From assembly GCF_008831285.2 (NCBI RefSeq), contig NC_045138.2:37200001-37264000 (forward strand): a stretch of 64,000 nucleotides of DNA, in the 5' to 3' direction. Made by a program: the position numbers and the translations under genes. Position 1 is the stretch's first letter. Every line of letters starts with the position of its first letter. Shown piece by piece: positions 13,343 to 24,320 of this stretch. Origin of the DNA: Nymphaea colorata (Eukaryota). Below the pieces are notes generated by a model. The model was not told the origin of the DNA, searched no databases, and saw only the letters and a program-made list of their open reading frames with translations.

Positions 13343-14263
13343 CTTCGCAATTCCTTCACAGGGCAGAGAGAGGGTCTGTGTGTAGAGAGAGAGGCTGTGC
13401 GTGTGTGATGGAGATTTGGACAAACGATGGTACCAGTCGAAACTTCTACCAACACGGGCCTTATTTCATCATGGCCTCCAATGCTGATAACTAAAAAAGA
13501 AACCAGTCGTCTGACTGGCACAAGCTCCCACAATCCGTTCTTCATTTTCAATCGTTAATTGTATTTAGTGCGATTTAAATCTCAATATGGACGAAGAAAG
13601 AAACTTTTTAAACTCGGTTGCACATGAAAATTGGTTTCACTTCTTACAACATGAAAATTAGGCTGTAGGGTGGCGTTGGGTTTGAAGAAGAGTCACTTCT
13701 TACAACATGTTATTTAGCACAAGATATGTCTTCAGTGTTGTTTTATGCTTTAATTGTTGTTCTAAGCGGGATTGCTTAATTGAATCTAATGTTTGAATTG
13801 GATCTGGAAACAATATATATCTCGTCATATCATGTCAATGTTTATTTTAGATGGCTTTAGGAATTACTATCGCATTACTTTTTTTTTTATCGATTTTCTA
13901 AATATTACAATTTTACGCTGTTTATAAGAAGATTGAAACATTTAAATGATATATTTAAGAAGGATTTGCACAATTGAAGAGGTGACTTCTCCTATTGCCC
14001 ATAAATCGAGCAAAAGATTGCCCATCCATTTCATATGAAATTTATAAGTGTGGGCGGACTTTGAATCTTTTCAAAATAAAAGACAAGATGCCACACTTAC
14101 GCGGTTTGTTCTGTTTCCCTCTTTTTTTTTTGTGGTTTTTAATAAAAGAAGGCAAGAAGCCGCGGTCTGTTCCCTCTCCCGCCCTCTTTCAAACCCCCGG
14201 CCCCTAGCATCGCTCTCTCTCTCTCGTCGATCGTCTCCAGTCGATGCCCGCCAGGAAACTCAC

Positions 14264-14490
14264 CCTTGATTCTTGTGCTTTTGGGTCGTCGATTGGTGCG
14301 AGTCTGCGAGAGTCTTGACCTTTTCGGTGTCCTTTTAACCGATCGCAGCAGCAATGGAGGAAACTCGTCCTTGATTCTTGTGTTCTTGGTTGGGCCGTCT
14401 ATTGGTGCGAGAAACTTGACCTTTTCGGTATCTTTTAACCGATCGCAGCAGCAATCGGTATCTTTAACCGATTGCAGCAGCAATGGAGGT
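14264..14490. repeat. Degenerate direct repeats in a GC-rich segment
   Basis: CCTTGATTCTTGTG twice, CTTGACCTTTTCGGT twice and TTTAACCGATYGCAGCAGCAAT three times. Confidence 0.7.
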
Positions 14491-15568
14491 GAGGTTTCGT
14501 CCATATGATCGAATCTGTAATGAAGGTGAGGGTCGAGGCATCTGATCGAAGCAGCAATGAAGGTGAGGTTCGACTGACTCGCCTCATCAGCGTGCAAGAA
14601 TCGGTCACTACAAGAAAACTGCTAAGCTCCGACGCTGTTCGGCCTGCGACGTCGGTGCCCCCAGGCGAAATGACAACGTGACGATCCTCCCGTTGCCGAG
14701 CGTACAAGCACCAACGGTTTCGACGGCTAGAAACAATCCGCGACTGAGGTTCTTGGTGTCGAACATCCCAAATTCAGGCATCGAAACTCTTAAACTACGC
14801 CGTCCACGGAATAACCACGCATCGAGACAGAAGTCCGACAGTTGATGCCTCCGTTGGTGGCTGCTCATTTCATCTCCGATGGTATGGGTGGCGCTGTAGT
14901 CCGAATTGTCACCTCCGACGCATCAATCCGCCAACGGAGCTCATAAACCTAAAATTAAATGCGTCAATTTGGCGTCGGAGTCCTTCCTTAACGCCCTTTG
15001 ACGCAGTTGGGTAAGTCGACCTACTGAGAATGTCATTGACGGGAGCGATCAACGATGCGCCGACGACAATGCCGTAAACCACCGACTTGTTGATGATTGC
15101 GTCGAAATCTAGTTTTCTCACTTTCCCGGCCATTTTTTCTGCGCTTAAAGGTGACTGCCGAATCTTCGCACATATATCTGTTTTTCTCTCCCTCCCTCTC
15201 TCTTCTTGGTCCTTTCGTAATTAATTTGTGACACGCAGATTTGCCCTTGCGTTTTCTCTTTTCTTGCTGTTAGCTCTTGGTCATTGCTGCAACAGGGCTT
15301 GGTCATTGCTGCAACAGTTGGTGTATGCGTGAGCACGCACTGGATCGTTTGTTTGCCCTTACGTTGCGTCTGTATTATGTAAGCTAGATATCTTCTTCTT
15401 CTTCTTCTCTGCGACCACGAGTTGTTCAAAAGAGTCCGCTCACGATTTGTGCTTGTTATTCATCATGGTTCCTTTTATATACATTTATTTGTTTGGAAAA
15501 AACAATACAGACAGTACAAGGGAAGCTTGTAGTGTCATTTGTGTCAATCACTTGAATTTTCTTTGCAG

Positions 15569-15637
15569 GTTTCAAATGTAGAAACTATTGAATACAACAT
15601 TAGCTTCACCATATGGGATCTGGGTGGCCTGGACAAG
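15569..15637 (+). pseudogene. Orphan exon of an ADP-ribosylation factor (ARF1-type small GTPase)
   Basis: Bounded by ttgcag/GT. Reads GF(N)VETIEY-NISFTIWDLGGLDK against the ARF consensus [24 protein letters not shown], with a +1 insertion and one missing codon. No other ARF exons were found nearby. Confidence 0.85.
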
Positions 15638-16185
15638 GTTTCTGATAATCTATACACTATCCTGTAACTAACAGTTCTGCTATTTGTTATGATTAGCATA
15701 CTGACTGATGTACCCTGTGACTATTTTTTGATCTTTTCTAAACAAAGATACTTTGATTTTCTGCAGAATTTTCAACCATCATGTCTCTTGTTCTACAAAT
15801 GATCTTATTCTTCTACTGCTATTGCTTCTTCTTCTTAATGTGTTGTTGCTTATTTTTTATTCTAATAATGAAATTAGGGACTCTGCAGTATGAATTTATA
15901 AAATATTTATAAAATTTTGGCATGACCTGCAGATTTCATGTTTAGAATGATGTTATTCCATATTTTAGATGCGAGTGCGTGCTTTGTACAATTGAAAGGT
16001 AAAGGTCAGTCCCTAACTATAGGCAGAGCAAAAGCTAAGCTGAATTTATGAATGTGGTGCAAATTTTTCTTGGATTTAAAATTCTTCTACACACACATTC
16101 ACCCCTTTGCTGACTTAGGATATACACTAAATTTGATTGTCTCAGGTAATGTTGATAATAATGAAACTGCACAGCAATATCGAAG

Positions 16186-16800
16186 CTGGTGTGATACTGC
16201 ATGTTGCTCAAGCTTTTATCAACAAGAACTATCACACAACAGTAGTATGCCAAGGTAAATTTTTAATTTTTTATTTGAAACATAGTTACAAATAACATTT
16301 CGGAGTTTTAAACAGTGAGGTGAGGTTTTTCTCGGATAAAATACGGCGAGCTTGATAATTGAGAAAAAAATGGTACATTTTTAAAAATTTTAAAAAACTA
16401 AAAATGAGAGGAAAATAAGGTAAATGAGAAAGTAATAATACAAACATCAAAAGATAAGTAGATTTGCAACAAATACAAAGTAAAAAAATGAAAAAAAAAC
16501 TGTTTCACATTTAAAAAATGAAGAAAATGCGAAAGAACGTGTTTTTTTATTTTTTATTTTTAAAATGCATTTTTTAAAGTTTTAAATGGTCATTTAATTT
16601 ATCGTCCTTTTTTTGTATTTAAAAAAAAAACTTGTTTTCTGTAACTAAGATTTGAATACTATACAAAGTGGGTTACCAGAGACTGGTTCTGTGGATAATT
16701 TTTACTTTTTTTTTTGGGGTGACTTCACAGACTACAACAAAGCCTGAGGGATGCTATTGCAGTATGAGATAAGATTTCTATGTCCGTCTTGTTTATGATC
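16186..16800 (+). pseudogene. CCT3: Two-exon fragment of chaperonin CCT-gamma (TCP-1 gamma); exons 16186-16254 and 16731-16800
   Basis: AGVILHVAQAFINKNYHTTVVCQ resembles CCT3 AGEMLHVAEAFIDKNYHPTVICR. The next exon YNKA*-DAIAV*DKISMSV resembles AYNKALEDAIAVLDKIAMSI. It carries stops, an indel and a donor changed from GT to AT. Confidence 0.8.
16281..16649. mobile_element. hAT-type MITE, second copy of the 4265-4613 family, inside the CCT3 fragment intron
   Basis: TIRs CATAGTTAC...GTAACTAAG; 8-bp TSD ATTTGAAA/ATTTGAAT; internal similarity to 4265-4613. Confidence 0.85.
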
Positions 16801-18194
16801 ATAAGATCCTCAAGTACTTACTTGTGTTTATTGCTAAATGAAACTAGTAGCTTTAAGTGTACGGACCAATATTAATTAGTGCCACTTAATAATTACAGCC
16901 TTTGAAGTTAACTAAAAAAAAAAAAGAACTTAAGTTGAAAAAAATAATTAACCCTCTTCAAGAACTGGACCTGACTTTGGAAAGAAAAGTGTTGGAGAAG
17001 TAACAAAATAACTTAGTCAAATGGTTGGTAGGTCTTTGATTTTGGATTTTCCTTTTTTTGGCTGCACTAAATCCGAATTGCTCTGCAATATGTAGTAGGT
17101 CTTGGTGTGACCCCTTGTAGAAGATTTTGAATGTATATTTGGATTTAGATACTTGTAGGTTCTTAAAAAAACGTTTGAATTTAAACATAAAATATTTTTG
17201 GAACCACATATAAATTAACTAGATTTTTTTTTGGGTGATTAAAAGGAATATTTTATCATATTGCTGAAATCGTCGCACTAGGCTAGGCGCCTCCAAATTT
17301 TTAGTTCCGCCCGTTAAAGACGATGAAAACTAAAAGTGAGATCTCTCCGATAATCACAAGAATTGCACTTAATGCTTTCGAGTTACTCAAAGATTCCAAT
17401 CGATCACGGTGACTCGCTTTATTATGTTATGACGCAGTGCAATATTCATGGCTTCCAAGCTCATTTGCCAAGAAAGGGTTCTCAATTCGCTTGATGCTTG
17501 CAATAATTATAATTTCGCTTAATAATCAAGTTACCAGTGGCCAGCATGATTGCGCGTTGTTCTTTTCTTTTGAGGTTGCAGTCTATTACATGATTATCTA
17601 TTTTATTTTATCTTATTATATGAAATTGAGCATATATAATGGCGCATGCATTTCCTGTCTCAATATGCATCTTCTAACTATAAGCTTTTTCAGGCCAAGG
17701 TTGATTGCTGTCCCTTTTTCCTCCCTCATCACTTCACAAAATAAAAGTGCATAAAACCCCACTCAGTCTTCAAGACAGTGTTGCTGCGAATGCGAGTTTT
17801 TATATATATATTTCTTCTTTTTTCTTTTACTTTTTGAATTGATTTAAAATGTTTTACATTATTTTCAAATTAAAAAAAAAAGCTTCGCTTCCTATTTGCT
17901 GTCTGACTTTTAAATACAATCGAATCCCAGCTGCATTATGACATGCTAAGAATACATTTTAAAAAGTCTGGATATTGAATACATGATGTTTATTCAAAAT
18001 TAAATCCAAACTTCAATCCGAACAAAGTTAAATACTTATTTAGGACTGAGCATGAATCCTGTTGGATGTCATTTCTTAAATCTCAATCTGATCACATTTC
18101 TTTTTTAAGCAATTTAGTTGGACATCCGATTCAGGTCCTATAAGCATGGGGTTTTAAAGAGTCACGACCTAAGTAGCTTCGAGATGAAAAAAAT

Positions 18195-18321
18195 CTCCAT
18201 TTGCCTGTTCAAAAACTACAAAATGCATTTGACAATAGAATATTGGCATTTGAAGAATGTGTCATAATACATCCAATGGCGGCCTCCATTTGCCTGTTCA
18301 AAAAAACAAAATGCATTTGAC
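18195..18321. repeat. ~39-bp direct repeat, two copies
   Basis: CTCCATTTGCCTGTTCAAAAA..ACAAAATGCATTTGAC at ~18195 and ~18283. Confidence 0.8.
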
Positions 18322-19659
18322 TATATATATAGACATTGGAAGCCATGTTTTAGAATATATATATAGTTGCGGCATGCCATGTGTCACAGGCATCCTTAGT
18401 TAAAGGAATTCATCAACAATGATGATGACTTTTTGGTTAACATGTGATTTTGGTATAGGGTTGTGACTCTACAATGCAGTTTGGCAATAGCAACAAATAT
18501 TCTTATTGTTTATAAATTCACTTATATTATAGTTTTTTTGTGAATTTGCTTCGTTTTTTTTAAAAGTTAAATTCGTAAAATATTAACAATGCATTACCAT
18601 ACCAGACGCCCCTATGGGCACATTTGTCAACAATTCTGCAGAGCGTCAGGGACATTTGCTTGCAGCCGCGTGTCCCTATTGATAGCCCAAAAGTAGGGAA
18701 AAATCTACATGATCAATTAGGTTTTGCACATGCTTTCATTTGTCTTCTGTTTTGTTGCCATGTGGGGTAAATTCCTGAATACCAACAAAAAAAAAAAGAA
18801 TCATTTTTTTCTTAACTTCAATGATTCTTGTTGTTTGTAACTTAAAAGACGTTAAATTCATTCATCCTAACCTGTTGAGCAAGAGCCGAATCTGCTCCCT
18901 TTATTGTTACTCTCAAATTTAAAAATATCTTTTACGTCGGCTTCGAAGTTAGTTTCATCAACTTCTCTCAAGGATTTGGCAAGATGGGTGTGTCAATTAT
19001 CTATAAACTGGGATGAGTTATTAAAAACTAATATTGAATCAAAATACAGAAAAACAACAGTGAAACTAAGCATGATTCGAAATTTTACGTCGGCAACCTC
19101 GTGAGCAAAACTAATATTTTCAAGTTAGGTGCAAATGGCATTTATGTATAGGCAGGCAAAGAGAAGTGGGTACTTGGATATCTATATTCTCATGTCACTT
19201 TCTAGGACAAGTAAAGCGCATGCATCCACTTGATAGGTGATCATATAATCTATCAAATCCATTTTTTAAAAATTCTACACAATTTTTGTCTGAAGGTATA
19301 GCATAATTAATTCAGTTGGGGGGCAAGTTGGGGGGCAACAAGAGTCTGGTGGTCCATTTCCTTTTTGCGGGTACTACTTCTTTGTATTGTAAACTCTATT
19401 TTTGAGTTGAAGGGAGTAATAGTAAGTTTCTAAACCGAGAATAATGAAAATGAGCTTCAACCTCTTTAGAATAGTTAGGTTCCCTCCCACTCACTTGAAA
19501 AATCTACAATTTTTTGTACATCATTTGGTGATAAACAGTAACATTGATTGCAAATGAGTTATGCTTTTGTTGTAAATGCAATTTTAGACATGCACTAATT
19601 AGATTGTCACGTTTGGTCATAAAGCCAAATGTCCACTTCTCATCCACATGAACTCACCG

Positions 19660-19780
19660 ACCCAATCCTTTGATCCACAAAATATGAATGTTGACTATTT
19701 CCCAAAATGGTTTGCGGCCTCACCAGCCACGTTTTTAACTCGCAGTCGCAGACTTTAGATGGTAAAACCCCATAGCTAGT
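19660..19780 (+). mobile_element. Possible Ty1/copia integrase relic
   Basis: A frameshifted translation gives MNVDYFPKWFAASPATFL..R..TLDGKTP, resembling the copia motif MNVPK.FW.EA..TATYLINR.PS..L..KTP. Confidence 0.3.
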
Positions 19781-20381
19781 ACTTGTGCTTTGGAGGCCTA
19801 AAACATACTCAAAATTAGACGCTGTCAACGGTTGAGGTATTGTCTTGGCCTTAATTATGCGTTCAAGTTCAAGTTAAAGGTTTCAAGTCTAATTCTCTAG
19901 TCAAGAAGGTAGGATTCCTATCTTTATCTTGGCAATTAACTTTTCTATTCATTTTCTAATTTAAATAAGGTTTAACTAATTTTATCCATAATGTAATTTT
20001 AGAATATGATTTCCTTTCATTGAAAGGAAAAGAGAACCAGAATCTTGGTGGCAAATTTATCCTATGACTCTTAATACCTAAAATTTATCGTAAAAAGCAC
20101 GTTAAATATTGTTATATTAAACAAGAGACTGAATAGCATTTTAAAATTATAAAACGTACTTTACACTTTACGGAACGATGGCTTTCATTATACGTATGTG
20201 TGTATAAAGGTATATGTACGTAGATCCCGATGTGAGTCTTCTTCTTCCATCTATAAAGCCACGATCGGAGGCGGATTCGCCATTCTCCATCTCTCCTTCT
20301 CATCTTCATCTTCTTCCTCTGACCGGGAGCGGAAACAGAAGGGAGGAAACAAATAAAGAAGGAAGGTGATTCATTCTTTGG

Positions 20382-20981
20382 ATGGCAAGAAGCAGCAGCA
20401 ACAAATACGCAGCGATCAATTTCAACGAGATATACGGCAATAAATCCTCCCTCGCCTCTGCGTCTCCTTCCGCCAACGGTTCCCACCCTCCCCTCGCCTC
20501 CGCCAGGCCCCGATTCCAACCCAATGGCGGCATGCTCGTCTTAACCAGACCCTCCAAGCCAAAGCCCCAACCTTCCACCGTCTCCGATTTCCACCACCAA
20601 CCCTCCCACCAAGCCCCCGCTACCGTTTCCCCCCAAATCCCACCGGAACAGCCCCGAGACCAGCCTACCCACGATCCGGTTCCTGCGATCCAGCCGGCGT
20701 CGAAACCGGATCGCTTCGTCCCTCCACACCTGCGCCCGGGGTTCACCGGAGAAGGGTGCAAGGCTTCTGAAGGTGGGCAGGGCCATTTCCGGGAGGGGGT
20801 GCGCCCCAAGTCTGGAGGATCTGTTGAGTCTCGTGGACGGGCGGAGTTCGATGGCGCTGAGAGGCCACGCCCGGGTTCGGGCGGAAACCGTATGAATTCT
20901 AATGGGTTCTATCCTTCCTCCCCGTTTTATGATCACAGGGCAAAGAAGAATCAACACAACCCTCAAAATATAGTCGGTTGA
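20382..20981 (+). CDS. Intronless Pro/Ser/Gly-rich protein of unknown function (199 aa)
   Basis: GC-rich ATG-TGA ORF after a CT-rich leader. Motifs KYAAINFNEIYG, GGMLVLTRP and FVPPHLRPGF resemble motifs recalled from a conserved plant protein family. Confidence 0.8.
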   Translation: MARSSSNKYAAINFNEIYGNKSSLASASPSANGSHPPLASARPRFQPNGGMLVLTRPSKPKPQPSTVSDFHHQPSHQAPATVSPQIPPEQPRDQPTHDPVPAIQPASKPDRFVPPHLRPGFTGEGCKASEGGQGHFREGVRPKSGGSVESRGRAEFDGAERPRPGSGGNRMNSNGFYPSSPFYDHRAKKNQHNPQNIVG

Positions 20982-23209
20982 TTTGGGAGGTACAACACCC
21001 AAAGCTTCCTTTATCTGCCTGCGATCCTCTCCTTTAGGATTTGGTCTCCTTATTGTTCTGGTGTAGAAGAAAGGATTTTCTGTCGTTCTTGTTATCTTTC
21101 CCTGTTGTAGAGGGATGTGATGTCTGGTTTATTATGGAGAAGAACTGCTCTAGCTTGATTGTGCTGCTTTAGTTTGTGTTGTTGTTGTAAGGTGGATTCT
21201 GAAGGAGTCTTGAGGCGAGATTGTTATATGTACTGTAATTGCCATCGTAGAAAGATGTTTTCCTTCATGGATAAAAGTTGGGATTTAGTGACTTCTCTTG
21301 ATGTTATTACTTTTGCTAACTGATGTTCCTGTTTCTTTTCCTATTTCTCTGCACAAAATTTTTGTTATATCATTAATTTCCTTCGCCCGTTTCTATTCAT
21401 GGGGAGGCGATCTTAATCTTTTCGGGAGATGTTGATCATTTCCGGGCGGTGGAGATGGCATCTAAGGTTGGTATGCAAATGTTTGGTGATTTAGGTAGAC
21501 AGTACAGTAGTACGAGCAATTATCAAAGATAAAAAGGTGTTTGGTGATTTGGGTGGATATAAAAATAATCAAACCCATTATGTCCTCTGTTTGGCGTCTA
21601 GCGATAGGTGGTATACTGATATGTGGTTCGAAACCGGGGGATCAGAATTATCATCCTAGGGGCTCTAAGGTTGTTCCTTATCGATCATCAACAGTAGTAT
21701 TCTAATTTGTCAAATCATACACTGTTTTGCTATAGATATTGGATGTTGACTTGGCTTTCATTTGCCTGAAATCCATTGAATTGGGTTATTTTGGTGGGAT
21801 CTCTTTCGTTTCTTTTGTATTTTTTTTTATTCCATGGTTGCTTTTGTTCTTGGGACAGACTCAACTTATTTGGTATTTTTCAACTACGTTGCTGTCACAT
21901 TCCTAATGGTGCGCTAGTGGCCATCTGTTTATGTTGACATAAAGGCGACCTTTCTAGCCAACACAAGAAGAACTGTGTTGCTGACTGTACTGTAGTCTCT
22001 ATGTTCATGACAACAACTTTGATTAATCGCTTTGCATCTTTGGAATGGCCTTTCAATTGAATCTCACCCTTTCTTCTCAACATCGAATATGGTTGATGTC
22101 ATCCTATTTTTATCAGGTCGATGCCATGTATGCATTCGTGTCAACTAGTGTTCTTTCTTTCAAATATAACCTGTTTCTTTCCATTACGGACGGAGGCACC
22201 TGACCAATCTCATGTCCGTAGCTTTTCGTTTCTTCATCTACTGCGACATATGATTACTGACAATGATGGGAATAGCCATGCTGTGGTGATAATGGTGCAA
22301 AAATAACGTCTTAGCTATCGGCTGGTAATGAGAAAGAAGAGATCCATCAAAATGTTATGTCACGTTTAAACCAGTACTCACTACTCCATACAAATCTAAA
22401 TGTCCCTTATCTATAGAAAAGATCAGTCCACTTCCAGGACCATAAGTATGAAGCTCAGCATCTCTATTGCAGACATAGTTATCCTCTATTCTGGCACTTT
22501 GGTGACCCTTGCCCTCCTCGGATTACTTCTGTAGCATGGATTTCCTTAAACGAAAACGTTTAATTTCTGGTAAAAAATTGTTGTGGAATCCGACTCAATT
22601 GAACGTGTCAGTCTAATTATTCTTCTCTACAAATGCCTGTATATGTCATTGTTTCTTGTCAGCGAGACTCAGTTTAGTTCGATGAGTGCGAATAACTAGT
22701 TGTTGCCATCGATGCTATTCCTCTTCTTGTTTAGTGCGATGCTCCACATTCCATATGTTGCGGTCAAATCTTGAAAAGCTAAGTTAGCCCTGAGTTGATC
22801 TTCTCTTGTGTAGCTGGCCAAGCGTGTTCTTATTTCACACAGTGGCTGGATGTGGTGATGTGATGGATTGATTCTGTTTCCTACTTTAATCTTGGCTCCT
22901 GAAGTTTCTGGCTGTGTAGTAGGTCTACGTTTTTTTTTTCTTTTAATAAATGTCCAACTGTGTAAAATGTAGCTGGATGCAGGTCTTCAAAGCTGTACTA
23001 TGAATAAGAAATAATGAAAATTAAAATGTTGACAGCTGGCTAATAAAATCCGCGTCATGATCCCTTTTATACTCAATTTTTTTTTTTACCAAGAAAAACA
23101 TAAAACGCCGGGAAGCACTTCCGGAGTAAGAGTGTCTCTCTCTGTCCACCATGTTACTTGTTAAGTAATTAAGAAAAGAATGATGATTTGATTTGAAAAC
23201 TGCAGAATC

Positions 23210-24255
23210 TTAATAGCCTTCTTTTACGGCTGTAGCCACACTTTTTGCCCAGACTTTGAGATGGGCCTTCATGTGGGGCTCCGACCTTGGTGGCGGTGGA
23301 ATCCTCAGCGGTAACAACTCCCTTCTCTGAACCAGCCATGCCTCTGAGAGGTATGGCCTTCTGACGTTCTCCGTATCCTCTGGTTCTTGGCAGAATCTCC
23401 TCCTTAGCCCTGGTATCACGGTCGCCATGTCCGGAGTGGCGTTCTGCTCGTCGAACACGAAGCCGAGGTCCGCAAACCCCTTCACTTCCTCAAACTCCAG
23501 ATCGCTCAAGCTCTTGATTCTTCGGTGCCTTCTTCCAGCAACCGGCTCACTTCTGGAGAATTGGCGTGTTTTGGACTGCTTCGGCCGAGGAATGCCTCCT
23601 GGTAACTGAGATTCATAAAAACAGAATAATCTTGTCTCAAGCGAATTTGACCAAAATATGAAAATCTTGGCATGTGTTGCTCGATCAAGTCTCTCACAAT
23701 TCTCCTCTCTGAATTTTCTTAAAATGACCTTAATGGAGCAGAGTTTGCACCAGTAAGAGAGAACCTGTACTGATGAACTCCATTTTTAACAATGATCAGG
23801 AGTTACAAATGAACACATCCGATTTCGAAGTTAGTGCTTGTTACCTTCATGGATGAACAGCCCCGATTCTCGAGCTTTGGTGGAAGATAATGTTTCAGCT
23901 TGTCTGGTGCAGCGTCTCCTCCATGACTTCTATCCTTCTCTCCAACGAGGGGCGGCAGCGAAGGGCTTCTTAATAGACATGGACGGCGAAGGATTGCCTC
24001 CGGAGTGCCTTCTAGGTTGCCATGAATGTTGGCACCGCCTACTTCTTCAGATGCCTGATTTGCATTGGCCTCAGTCGAATTCAGCATCGCAGCGGCTCTG
24101 GAAGGACACGACAAAACACCGGCTGAGGAAGGGACGACGACTAGTTTCAGTGCATTTTTGTAGAACCATTGCTCGTCTAAGCACTCTATGACAGGGAGGT
24201 CGATTCCCTCTTCTCTCGATTCTGAATTTAACAGACCTTCTTCTACTCCTTCCAT
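23210..24255 (-). CDS. DUF1685 family protein; exons 24255-23845 and 23605-23210 (~268 aa)
   Basis: Motifs KSLSDLEFEEVKGFADLGFVF, VIPGL, RPYLSEAW and MKAHLKVWAKSVA; N-terminal LDEQWFY and LLRSPSLPP; phase-0 GT-AG intron; microsatellite in the 5' leader. Confidence 0.85.
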
Positions 24256-24283
24256 GCTATCATCTTCTGCTCACACGGAGAAA

Positions 24284-24320
<37 letters not shown>

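Noticed and set aside
14139..15133. Several 70-150 aa ORFs in the GC-rich segment
   Set aside because: No recognisable domain; the open frames are explained by GC content and internal repeats.
16960..17035. RTGPDFGKKSVGEVTK*LSQM, loosely resembling the RpoA C-terminal domain (possible organellar insert)
   Set aside because: Too short, contains a stop, and has no flanking plastid-like sequence.
20112..21002. Antisense ORFs of 135-167 aa
   Set aside because: Shadows of the GC-rich plus-strand gene at 20382-20981.
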